Positions 56,185 through 64,000 of a stretch of 64,000 bases of DNA are shown in pieces. This DNA is from Pseudomonadota bacterium. Lineage in GTDB: Bacteria; Desulfobacterota; Desulfobacteria; Desulfobacterales; RPRI01. The notes beneath the pieces were generated by a model. It was not told where the DNA came from, did no database searches, and saw only the letters and a program-made list of their open reading frames with translations. The DNA lies in contig JBDRRF010000103.1 in the NCBI GenBank assembly GCA_043825875.1, positions 48,150 through 112,149 of the forward strand, written 5' to 3'. The position numbers were made by a program, and so were the translations under genes. The number at the start of each line of letters is the position of its first letter. The stretch's first letter is position 1.

Positions 56185-56826
56185 ATGGGCTGGTTTATAA
56201 AAACCTTTACAAGTTCCATAGGTAAAAAATGGCTTATGGCTATAACAGGGCTTAGTTTTTGCGGATTTCTTACGTCACATCTATTAGGCAACCTGACTCT
56301 TTATGCAGGAAAAGATGCTTTTAATGCATATGCCGAGCATCTTCATTCTCTTGGGATACTATTATCTGTAAGTGAAAAAGGGCTTTTGTTTTTTGCGACA
56401 ATTCACATTTTAACCGGCCTTGTTCTTTTTATTCAAAACATGAAATCAAGGCCTGTAAGATACTCCGTCAACAAGAATGCCGGGGGCCGCACAATAGGAT
56501 CTGCTACTATGCCTTACACAGGCTTGATACTAATTGCCTTTATAATACTACATCTGATCAATTTTCATTTTATTGATAAAACCGGCACAACAATATTTGA
56601 AATAGTTAAGAATGCGTTTTTAAATCCGGTATATATAGCAGTTTATATATTTGCCATGATCGTGGTTGCAGTACATGTAAGTCACGGGTTCTGGAGTGCT
56701 TTTCAAACACTTGGAGCAAACCATCCCAAGTATATGCCTTTTATCAGAAAGGCGGGTATTGCCTTCAGTATATTAGTTGGACTTGGTTTCGGCTTCATAC
56801 CGGTTTTTATTTCGCTTACAACATAA
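56185..56826 (+). CDS. sdhC: Succinate dehydrogenase/fumarate reductase dihaem cytochrome b subunit (type B, single large anchor)
   Basis: 213-aa ORF with GGAGG RBS, five hydrophobic helices and conserved His residues. It lies immediately upstream of the flavoprotein and Fe-S subunits. Confidence 0.8.
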   Translation: MGWFIKTFTSSIGKKWLMAITGLSFCGFLTSHLLGNLTLYAGKDAFNAYAEHLHSLGILLSVSEKGLLFFATIHILTGLVLFIQNMKSRPVRYSVNKNAGGRTIGSATMPYTGLILIAFIILHLINFHFIDKTGTTIFEIVKNAFLNPVYIAVYIFAMIVVAVHVSHGFWSAFQTLGANHPKYMPFIRKAGIAFSILVGLGFGFIPVFISLTT

Positions 56827-56839
56827 GGAAGGATATAAT

Positions 56840-58753
56840 ATGCAGCTTGATGCAAAAACACCGGCAGGCCCACTTGCACAAAAATGGGACAAACACCGTT
56901 TTGAGCTAAAGCTTGTCAACCCTGCAAATAAAAGAAAATACAACATAATCGTTGTTGGAACCGGCCTTGCCGGAGGTTCGGCGTCAGCATCTCTTGCCGA
57001 ACTTGGATATAATGTAAAGACATTCTGCATACAGGATAGTCCGAGACGCGCCCACAGTATTGCCGCTCAGGGCGGAATCAATGCTTCAAAAAACTATCAG
57101 AATGACAGTGACAGCGATTGGCGCCTTTTTTACGATACTATAAAAGGCGGCGATTTCAGGGCAAGAGAAGCAAATGTTTACAGACTTGCCCAGCTTAGCG
57201 GAAACATTATCGATCAATGTGTTGCTCAGGGAGTTCCGTTTGCGCGCGAATACGGAGGCCAGCTTGCAAACAGAAGTTTCGGCGGTGCTCAGGTTTCAAG
57301 AACTTTTTATGCAAGAGGCCAGACTGGTCAGCAGCTTCTTTTAGGAGCATACAGCGCACTTTCAAGACAGATTGCGGCGAAAAAAGTAGAAATGTATGCC
57401 CGAAGGGAAATGCTGGATGTTGTCGTAATAGACGGTCACGCAAAAGGAATCGTTGTCCGCAATCTTGTTTCAGGTGAAATCGAAAAATATGCCGCAGATG
57501 CGGTTGTTCTTGCCACAGGCGGATATGGCAATGTGTTTTATCTTTCAACAAATGCCATGGGCTCAAATGTTACTGCAACTTACAGAGCATATAAAAAAGG
57601 GGCTTTTTTCGCCAATCCTTGTTTTACACAGATTCACCCAACATGCATACCCGTTCACGGAACATATCAGTCAAAACTCACATTAATGAGTGAAAGCCTG
57701 AGAAATGATGGCCGGGTTTGGGTTCCCAAAAAACCTGGAGATAAAAGAAAGCCTTCCGAGATACCCGAAGCTGAACGTGATTATTATCTTGAAAACAAAT
57801 ATCCGAGTTTCGGAAACCTTGTTCCACGCGATGTTGCATCACGAAATGCCAAAGAACAGTGTGATAAGGGAAAAGGTGTCGGCGAAACAGGGCTTGCTGT
57901 TTATCTTGATTTTGCAGATGCAATCAAAAGAGACGGAAAAGACACTATAGCAAAAAAATACGGTAATCTTTTCCAGATGTACGATAAGATTACAGCCGAT
58001 AATCCCTATGAAACACCCATGATGATTTATCCCGCCGTCCACTACGCTATGGGCGGCCTATGGGTTGATTACAATCTCATGAGTACCATCGACGGTCTTT
58101 TTGTTCTGGGTGAAGCCAATTTTTCCGACCATGGTGCAAACCGCCTTGGTGCAAGTGCTCTCATGCAGGGCCTTGCAGACGGATATTTCGTAATTCCATA
58201 TACTATAGGTGGATATCTTGCTACCACACCTAAAAAAGAGATAAAAACCGATCATCCGGCATTTAAGGAATCTGAAAAAAAGATTAATGATTTTACCAAT
58301 AAACTCCTTTCCATAAAAGGAAAGCGGACGGCCGATGATTTTCACAGGCAGCTTGGAAATATTTTGTGGGAATATTGCGGTATGTCAAGAAATGACGCCG
58401 GACTTGAAAAAGCACGAAAGTTTATACAGGACTTAAGAGGAGAATTCTGGAAAAATGTTGTTGTGCCTGGCTCCGGCATGGAGTTTAACCAAAGCCTTGA
58501 AAAGGCCGGCCGTGTTGCGGATTTTCTTGAATTCGGTGAATTGTTGGTAATAGATGCTCTTTCCCGCAAGGAATCCTGTGGTGGCCATTTTAATGAGGCT
58601 CATCAAACTGAAGAAAATGAGGCAATGCGTGATGATGAGAATTTCTGCCATGTTTCGGCATGGGAGTATAAGGGAGATGGAAATGATCCCGTTCTTAATA
58701 AAGAACCTCTTACTTTTGAAAATGTCAAACTGACACAAAGGAGTTACAAGTGA
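56840..58753 (+). CDS. sdhA: Succinate dehydrogenase/fumarate reductase flavoprotein subunit
   Basis: ATG at 56840 after GGAAGG; the ORF-track start at 56777 overlaps sdhC. FAD motif [12 protein letters not shown] and covalent-FAD His region [13 protein letters not shown]. Confidence 0.9.
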   Translation: MQLDAKTPAGPLAQKWDKHRFELKLVNPANKRKYNIIVVGTGLAGGSASASLAELGYNVKTFCIQDSPRRAHSIAAQGGINASKNYQNDSDSDWRLFYDTIKGGDFRAREANVYRLAQLSGNIIDQCVAQGVPFAREYGGQLANRSFGGAQVSRTFYARGQTGQQLLLGAYSALSRQIAAKKVEMYARREMLDVVVIDGHAKGIVVRNLVSGEIEKYAADAVVLATGGYGNVFYLSTNAMGSNVTATYRAYKKGAFFANPCFTQIHPTCIPVHGTYQSKLTLMSESLRNDGRVWVPKKPGDKRKPSEIPEAERDYYLENKYPSFGNLVPRDVASRNAKEQCDKGKGVGETGLAVYLDFADAIKRDGKDTIAKKYGNLFQMYDKITADNPYETPMMIYPAVHYAMGGLWVDYNLMSTIDGLFVLGEANFSDHGANRLGASALMQGLADGYFVIPYTIGGYLATTPKKEIKTDHPAFKESEKKINDFTNKLLSIKGKRTADDFHRQLGNILWEYCGMSRNDAGLEKARKFIQDLRGEFWKNVVVPGSGMEFNQSLEKAGRVADFLEFGELLVIDALSRKESCGGHFNEAHQTEENEAMRDDENFCHVSAWEYKGDGNDPVLNKEPLTFENVKLTQRSYK

Positions 58754-59514
58754 CAAAGACTCTTAATTTGACACTCAAGGTCTGGCGCCAGAAAGGACCG
58801 GACGCTGTCGGTAAACTTGAAACATATAATGCCAAAAACATTTCCACTGACATGTCATTTCTGGAAATGATTGATGTCATAAACGAACAGCTTACCCTTG
58901 AAGGCAAGGAACCTATAGCTTTTGATCATGACTGCCGTGAAGGAATTTGTGGTATGTGCGGCGCTGTTGTAAACGGTCGTCCGCATGGCCCTGAAAAAGA
59001 AACTACATTGTGCCAGCTTCATATGCGCCATTTTTCGGACGGCGATACTATTTTTGTTGAACCCTGGCGTTCGAGAGCTTTTAAAATAATAAAAGACCTT
59101 GCTGTTGACCGGAGTGCGCTGGATAAAATAATCCAGGCCGGAGGTTATGTTTCTGTTAATACGGGCGGAGCTCCCGATGCCAATGCCATCCCTATATCAC
59201 AGGAAATTTCCGAAAAAGCAATGGATGCCGCTGCATGCATAGGGTGCGGAGCATGTGTGGCAGCCTGTCCAAATGCTTCTGCAATGCTTTTTATAAGTGC
59301 TAAAATTTCACAACTGGCGCTTCTTCCCCAGGGAAAACCGGAAGCAGCAAAACGTGCTATAGAAATGGTTCGAACAATGGATAATCTTGGATTTGGAAAC
59401 TGCACTAATGAGAGAGAGTGCGAAGCCGAATGTCCGAAAGAAATATCTATTGTAAACATTGCCCGAATGAACAGGGAATTTTTTAAGGCATCGTTCTTTT
59501 CAGATGTAAAGTAG
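58750..59514 (+). CDS. sdhB: Succinate dehydrogenase/fumarate reductase iron-sulfur subunit
   Basis: 254-aa ORF with [10 protein letters not shown] (2Fe-2S), [12 protein letters not shown] (4Fe-4S) and [12 protein letters not shown] (3Fe-4S region). The GTG start overlaps the sdhA stop. Confidence 0.9.
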   Translation: MTKTLNLTLKVWRQKGPDAVGKLETYNAKNISTDMSFLEMIDVINEQLTLEGKEPIAFDHDCREGICGMCGAVVNGRPHGPEKETTLCQLHMRHFSDGDTIFVEPWRSRAFKIIKDLAVDRSALDKIIQAGGYVSVNTGGAPDANAIPISQEISEKAMDAAACIGCGACVAACPNASAMLFISAKISQLALLPQGKPEAAKRAIEMVRTMDNLGFGNCTNERECEAECPKEISIVNIARMNREFFKASFFSDVK

Positions 59515-59523
59515 TATCTGCTG

Positions 59524-60837
59524 ATGACTAACCATACCATTTATATATCAGATTCCCGCAAAATGCCTGAAGTTTCGGATGAATCCGTTCATCTTGTTAT
59601 TACTTCCCCGCCATACTGGCAGCTAAAAGATTATGATGATATCAGACAGATTGGTTTTTATGATACATATGAAGAGTATATCAACAACCTTAATCTGGTA
59701 TGGAAAGAATGCCATCGTGTCTTAAAAGAAGGTTGCCGGTTGTGCATTAATATCGGAGATCAGTTTGCAAGAGCTGCGTATTATGGCCGCTATAAAGTCA
59801 TACCCATCAGAACGGAAATAATAAAATTCTGTGAATCTGCCGGTTTTGATTATATGGGAGCTATTATCTGGCAAAAAGTTACGACCTGTAATACAACAGG
59901 CGGGGCTTCAATCATGGGGTCATTCCCTTACCCGCGAAATGGCATTTTAAAGATTGATTATGAATTTATTCTGCTTTTCAAAAAACCCGGTGATCCTCCT
60001 TTTGTTGAAAAAGAAAATAAAGAAAAAGCAAAATTATCCACACAAGAATGGAACGAATACTTTGCCGGGCACTGGATTTTTCCGGGAGAAAAACAGAATA
60101 AACACCTTGCGATGTTTCCGGAAGAACTTCCTAAACGCTTAATAAAGATGTTTTGTTTTGCACAAGAAACGGTTCTTGATCCGTTTTTAGGAAGCGGTAC
60201 AACATCACTTGCTGCCAAAAACCTTGACAGGCATTCAATAGGCTATGAAATAAATGAATTATATTTGCCTGTTATAAAAAAGAAATTGGGAGCTGAGCAA
60301 GTTGATATTTTCACTGATTTTTCTATTAAAGTCAAAAAACCCAAACGTGATATTTCAGACTACGGGGAAAAAATAAATCAATTGCCATATATATTTTGTG
60401 ACAAGATTAAATTTGAAAAGAAAAGCGATCCGAGAAAAAAGACATATGGTTCAAAAATTGACGCAAAGAAAAAAGAAAAAATTAAGTATTTAAGATTAAG
60501 GCGTGTTGTTTCCCCAAATGTGATTGAGCTTAGCAATGATAACACAGTAAAGCTTATCGGTATAAAACCAAAAGCAGGGTCGGAGGCAAAAGCCATTAAG
60601 TGGCTTGAGGATAAATTGAAAGGACAAAGCTTTTATTTAAAATCCGATCAAACCGAATATGATGAAAACAATTATCTTCTTTCCTATTTGTATCTTAAAA
60701 ACAAAACATTTATCAATCTTCATCTTCTTCGCACAAACCTGGTGGAGATAGACGAATCTGCCCCATTTAAATATCTTAAAAAGTTTAAAGCCGTTTCGGA
60801 AGAAATCAATAAAATTGATGCCACAGAAAAAACTTAA
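59524..60837 (+). CDS. Beta-class DNA methyltransferase (SPPY motif, N4-C or N6-A) fused to a degenerate SNase/thermonuclease-like C-terminal domain
   Basis: 437-aa ORF. Motif IV VITSPPYW precedes motif I DPFLGSGTT. The C-terminal ~130 aa (RRVVSPNVIELSNDNTVKLIGIKPKAGSEAKAIKWLEDKLKGQSFYLK...DENNYLLSYLYL) follow the SNase OB-fold pattern but lack the GIDxPE / DRYGR catalytic residues. Confidence 0.8.
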   Translation: MTNHTIYISDSRKMPEVSDESVHLVITSPPYWQLKDYDDIRQIGFYDTYEEYINNLNLVWKECHRVLKEGCRLCINIGDQFARAAYYGRYKVIPIRTEIIKFCESAGFDYMGAIIWQKVTTCNTTGGASIMGSFPYPRNGILKIDYEFILLFKKPGDPPFVEKENKEKAKLSTQEWNEYFAGHWIFPGEKQNKHLAMFPEELPKRLIKMFCFAQETVLDPFLGSGTTSLAAKNLDRHSIGYEINELYLPVIKKKLGAEQVDIFTDFSIKVKKPKRDISDYGEKINQLPYIFCDKIKFEKKSDPRKKTYGSKIDAKKKEKIKYLRLRRVVSPNVIELSNDNTVKLIGIKPKAGSEAKAIKWLEDKLKGQSFYLKSDQTEYDENNYLLSYLYLKNKTFINLHLLRTNLVEIDESAPFKYLKKFKAVSEEINKIDATEKT

Positions 60838-62071
60838 AATCCTTCATCTGCTAAGCCAGCGTCCGGATTCAACAGGAAGCGGTTTCTATTTGCAGGCCAT
60901 GCTGCGCGAATCATTTTTATGCAATCATCAAAATTTTTTGTTAGCAGGCATACAGTACGATCAGCCTGTCGATCTTGACTGTATTAAAGAAGACCGGTGT
61001 GAATATGTAAAATTTTCTGATGCGGATGTGTCTTGCCAAATACCAGGCATGAGCGATGTTATGCCTTATGAAAGCGCAAGGTTTTCCTGTCTTTCACCAA
61101 AAGAGATCAACCAGTATTTAAAATCGTTTACAGAAAAACTTAAAAAAACCGTAGCTTCTTTTAAACCGGATATCATACACAGCCATCATTTATGGATTGT
61201 CAGCTCTTTAGCCAGACAGCTTTTCCCGAACATTGCCATAGTTACTACCTGCCATGGAACAGATCTTCGCCAATTTAAGAACTGTCCTCACTTGCAGGAA
61301 ATGGTTTTGGAGGGCTGCCACAAACTGGATGCTGTTATGGCTTTATACGAGGCACAAAAAAAAGATATTATCAATTTGTATAATATTGCCAAAGATAAAA
61401 TTATTGTTGTCGGAGCCGGATACAATGAACAGCTTTTTACACCAGCATCTAAGCCTGATCCGAATCCCGTGCAACTGGTATACGCCGGAAAGCTAAGCAA
61501 GGCCAAAGGAGTACCCTGGCTTTTGAGGGCGCTATCTACCATAGATTTTCCTTTATGGCGCTTGCACCTTGTTGGAAGCGGAAGCGGTGAAGAACGCGAT
61601 TATTGTCTTAAACTTGCAAAAGAACTAGGCGAACGGGTTGTTGTCCACGGCGCTGTTTCACAAAAAGATTTAGCAGATATTATGAAACAGTCTCATGTTT
61701 TTGTACTACCCTCTTTTTATGAAGGTCTGCCTCTGGTCTTACTGGAAGGCCTTGCCTGCGGCTGCAGGATAGTTGCAACCGATCTTCCGGGTGTAAGTGA
61801 ACTATTAGGAAACATTAATGCCGATTTTATAAGCATGGTAAAAACCCCTCGTCTTAATATTGATATTCCGTATAAAGAAGATGAAAATTTATTTGAAAAA
61901 AATCTGGCAAATGCACTTAATACCCAAATTTTAGCCTCATCAAAAAATCCCGGAATAGACATCTCCGTTATTCGTGATAAAATAGCTTCTTATTCATGGG
62001 CAGGTGTGTTTAATAAGGTTCAGAATATATATTTTAATGTTTTAAAGAGTTATAATAATTGTTCGAAGTGA
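60815..62071 (+). CDS. GT4-family (GT-B, group 1) glycosyltransferase
   Basis: 418-aa ORF with N-terminal KILHLLSQRPDSTGSG and C-terminal PSFYEGLPLVLLEGLACG (EX7E region). The start overlaps the methyltransferase gene by 23 nt. Confidence 0.85.
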   Translation: MMPQKKLKILHLLSQRPDSTGSGFYLQAMLRESFLCNHQNFLLAGIQYDQPVDLDCIKEDRCEYVKFSDADVSCQIPGMSDVMPYESARFSCLSPKEINQYLKSFTEKLKKTVASFKPDIIHSHHLWIVSSLARQLFPNIAIVTTCHGTDLRQFKNCPHLQEMVLEGCHKLDAVMALYEAQKKDIINLYNIAKDKIIVVGAGYNEQLFTPASKPDPNPVQLVYAGKLSKAKGVPWLLRALSTIDFPLWRLHLVGSGSGEERDYCLKLAKELGERVVVHGAVSQKDLADIMKQSHVFVLPSFYEGLPLVLLEGLACGCRIVATDLPGVSELLGNINADFISMVKTPRLNIDIPYKEDENLFEKNLANALNTQILASSKNPGIDISVIRDKIASYSWAGVFNKVQNIYFNVLKSYNNCSK

Positions 62072-62078
62072 ATAAAAT

Positions 62079-62414
62079 ATGAAAATAGATATAAGCGGAA
62101 TTAAAGGGTTAGTATTTACATTGCCAGCATCTGGCGAGGAGTATGGAACGATCCGAGAATATGATCTCGATTTCTACCCAGATGGATTTCCTGTCGATAC
62201 TTGGATGCCTTTTGCGGACGATGATTGTGGAAATATATTTGCAGTCTCAGCTGACGGGAAAATAGCATGGTGGGATCACGAAACTGACGAAATAACTGTG
62301 TTGTCAGATTCGTTCGAGGAGTTTTGCATGAACTGCGGTTCGGGAGAGGACGTGGAGGACGGCCAAGTTATTTCTACTTGGGTAAATCCAGACTTCAAGC
62401 CAGAGTTTGATTAA
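62079..62414 (+). CDS. SMI1/KNR4 (SUKH)-like small protein
   Basis: 111-aa ORF. WMPFADDDCGNIFAVSADGKIAWWDHETDEITVLSDSFEEFC resembles the SUKH-1 core (PFA-DGGGN...WDHE...SFxEF). The call is from memory. Confidence 0.5.
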   Translation: MKIDISGIKGLVFTLPASGEEYGTIREYDLDFYPDGFPVDTWMPFADDDCGNIFAVSADGKIAWWDHETDEITVLSDSFEEFCMNCGSGEDVEDGQVISTWVNPDFKPEFD

Positions 62415-62562
62415 TCAATGAGCATTTCGAACAAACCAGTGGAGCAGACGGCGTGAAGATAGCGGTTTTCGCAAAGGCCGTGCAAAGTTGATATTTGTTT
62501 AGCCCGCTGCTCACCGGGGGCGATATGCATCCACTTTGCATACCTTAATTGAATATAGTTGA

Positions 62563-62940
62563 ATGGCGGGTATGAAAGAAGATTTCCAGCTAAATAGTGG
62601 GAAAACGTGCCAACTCATAAGAATTAGAAATGATATAATTCCAAATTATTATATACTGGCTTTTCCTCGTGTTCAAGGGGAACCAAGTTCAGAAGAAGTC
62701 ACCGAGATGCTTGTTATTGGAACAGAAAAAGCCCAGCAGTTAGCGTTTGATTATATTCAAGACCGTGAGGCATTTACTTTGCTCTATAGCGGCTACAGTG
62801 CACGTAGAGAAAAAGGTTGGCACATTCATATTGTTCTGCTTGGTAACAGATGGCGTAAAGCTTGGTTGTACTTTGTACTTGCGGGCAAGAATCTCCTTCA
62901 GGCATTGAATATACGTAAAGATGATGCGCCAAGGATTTGA
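62563..62940 (+). CDS. Hypothetical protein, possibly HIT-like
   Basis: 125-aa ORF. The only hint is GWHIHIVLL, which resembles a partial histidine-triad HxHxHxx motif. Confidence 0.3.
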   Translation: MAGMKEDFQLNSGKTCQLIRIRNDIIPNYYILAFPRVQGEPSSEEVTEMLVIGTEKAQQLAFDYIQDREAFTLLYSGYSARREKGWHIHIVLLGNRWRKAWLYFVLAGKNLLQALNIRKDDAPRI

Positions 62941-62942
62941 AT

Positions 62943-63551
62943 ATGAATCAATCACGATGGCTCGGTCTAATGGAGTTGCTTGGAGTAGCTCCATCATTAG
63001 AAACATATAATAAACTTAAATTGGCTTATTCAGAGCCACATCGTCATTATCATACCATAATGCATATAAACGATTGCTTGACGAAACTTGATTCAGTCAT
63101 CAAACTCGTTGAAAATGCTGTTGAAGTTGAAGCTGCTATTTGGTTTCACGATGCGATTTACAAACCCTATGCATCTGATAATGAGCTGAAAAGCGCCAAT
63201 TGGGCTAAAAGCTTTTTTGAATCTATGGGCGTAAATAAAACCATGGCTGATAAAATTTATGGGCACATTATGGCTACATTACACAATGAACCGTCTGATA
63301 GCAGTGATTCACGACTGATAGCAGATATCGACCTTTCAATACTCGGCTCAGAACCTGATGATTATCAAGTTTACGAAAAGGCCGTAAGGAAAGAATATAA
63401 GTGGGTACCGTATTTCATCTATCGAAAGAAACGTCGGTCGGTGCTATCGTCGTTTTTGGAAAGAGATTTTATCTATTCAAATAACTATTTTCAAATCGAA
63501 TACGAAGAAAAAGCAAGGGAAAATATGGCAATTGCAATTGCAAAATTATGA
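62943..63551 (+). CDS. HD-domain metal-dependent phosphohydrolase-like protein (COG4339-type)
   Basis: ATG at 62943 (the ORF track starts at TTG 62937). YSEPHRHYHTIMHI, WFHDAIY and DIDLSILG match the conserved pattern of this uncharacterised HD family, from memory. Confidence 0.7.
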   Translation: MNQSRWLGLMELLGVAPSLETYNKLKLAYSEPHRHYHTIMHINDCLTKLDSVIKLVENAVEVEAAIWFHDAIYKPYASDNELKSANWAKSFFESMGVNKTMADKIYGHIMATLHNEPSDSSDSRLIADIDLSILGSEPDDYQVYEKAVRKEYKWVPYFIYRKKRRSVLSSFLERDFIYSNNYFQIEYEEKARENMAIAIAKL

Positions 63552-63614
63552 AACCATATAACAGACTTCTTGTGAGTCAATCAAATATAATATTTCATAA
63601 CAAAAGGAGAAAAC

Positions 63615-64000
63615 ATGGATTCTATCAAACATACCGATATAGCAATATCTGATATTTCACCCAAGACAACAGCTTTATTGATAATAGATATGCAAAATGA
63701 TGTTATGAATATTGTTCCTCCCGGCATGCAGGTCATACCAATTATAAAGCGGGTTCTTGATACCTGTAGAAGTAAAAGCATTCCGGTAATTCATAAAATA
63801 AGAATTCAGCGTTCTGACGGGATTGATGTTGAAAAGTTCAGAGTAGAAATGTTTAAGCAAAAACCCTATCTTGTTGACGGAACACCAGGCGCTGAAATAG
63901 TCTCTGAATTAAAACCTGCCACAGGCGAATTTCAGGTAAAAGGTGCGCGCTTCAGCGGATTTTTTCAAACCGACATGCAGTTGGTTTTGACAAGACTTGG
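63615..64000 (+). CDS. Isochorismatase-family cysteine hydrolase, 3-prime end cut by window edge
   Basis: Not in the ORF track because it is open at the window edge. ATG at 63615 follows AAGGAG. The translation MDSIKHTDIAISDISPKTTALLIIDMQNDV...VKGARFSGFFQTDMQLVL shows the IDMQND and xRxSxF family motifs. Confidence 0.8.
   Translation, partial: MDSIKHTDIAISDISPKTTALLIIDMQNDVMNIVPPGMQVIPIIKRVLDTCRSKSIPVIHKIRIQRSDGIDVEKFRVEMFKQKPYLVDGTPGAEIVSELKPATGEFQVKGARFSGFFQTDMQLVLTRL

Noticed and set aside
56777-56839. ORF-track start of the flavoprotein subunit at 56777, overlapping sdhC by 50 nt.
   Set aside because: The ATG at 56840 follows a purine-rich RBS-like stretch (GGAAGG) and gives the canonical N-terminus MQLDAKTP. 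The extension is read through the sdhC 3-prime end.
62420-62512. attC-like integron recombination site: inverted repeat GGAGCAGACGGC / GCCCGCTGCTC with nearby AACAAAC and GTTTAGC.
   Set aside because: The order of the putative R and L boxes is not mirror-symmetric as a true attC requires. GTTTAGC does not fit GTTRRRY. No integrase or further cassettes with similar sites are visible. It may instead be a gene remnant, since a 40-codon minus-strand ORF runs through it.
63581-63860. Two minus-strand ORFs (63581-63781 and 63675-63860) at the right edge.
   Set aside because: They are antisense to a clear isochorismatase-family ORF that has a strong RBS at 63615.

Overview
AT-rich bacterial chromosomal window. 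My guess is an anaerobic Desulfobacterota-type organism, inferred only from gene content: multiheme cytochrome, glycyl-radical enzyme and type-B sdhCAB. No rRNA, tRNA, CRISPR array, transposase or integrase was seen. All calls rest on motifs read by eye from the supplied ORF translations and on manual alignment; nothing was searched against a database.

Positions 1-36958 are almost entirely minus-strand and form one very large glycan / nonulosonic-acid locus:
- A complete Campylobacter-type GDP-GlcNAc legionaminic acid pathway: legB, legC, neuC, neuB, a PglD-like acetyltransferase, a CBS-nucleotidyltransferase, SDR and Gfo/Idh/MocA oxidoreductases, and a CMP-synthetase.
- A WbpG/HisH/HisF acetamidino branch.
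- Unusual tailoring genes: three B12-binding radical SAM enzymes, four class-I/FkbM methyltransferases, a translationally coupled MaoC-FkbH-ACP-B12 rSAM-LbH acyltransferase module, an HpcH/HpaI aldolase and a second KdsB-like cytidylyltransferase.
- A GT2 / flippase-like / GT-C-like trio, a Wzx-like flippase, decayed Wzz remnants and a wHTH regulator.

Positions 37800-46900 carry housekeeping genes:
- ComEA-like protein, KpsF/GutQ isomerase and a phosphofructokinase.
- LpoA-like lipoprotein and a DUF4124-like acidic protein.
- Class II FBP aldolase, NUDIX hydrolase and an amidohydrolase.

Positions 46916-52935 are the most interesting region. They hold an orphan glycyl-radical enzyme operon: GRE, an SCP2-like protein, the activase, and a 708-aa protein with an internally duplicated module.

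The remainder holds:
- An octaheme cytochrome c and sdhCAB.
- An SPPY DNA methyltransferase fused to a degenerate SNase-like domain.
- A GT4 glycosyltransferase.
- Small accessory genes: SUKH-like, HIT-like, COG4339 HD protein and a partial isochorismatase.

Non-coding highlights:
- A 142-165 nt hairpin-forming repeat in three same-orientation copies plus one relic.
- A 127-nt nested palindrome with perfect 17-bp termini.
- A decayed copy of the aldolase 3-prime end that brackets the FkbM methyltransferase gene.
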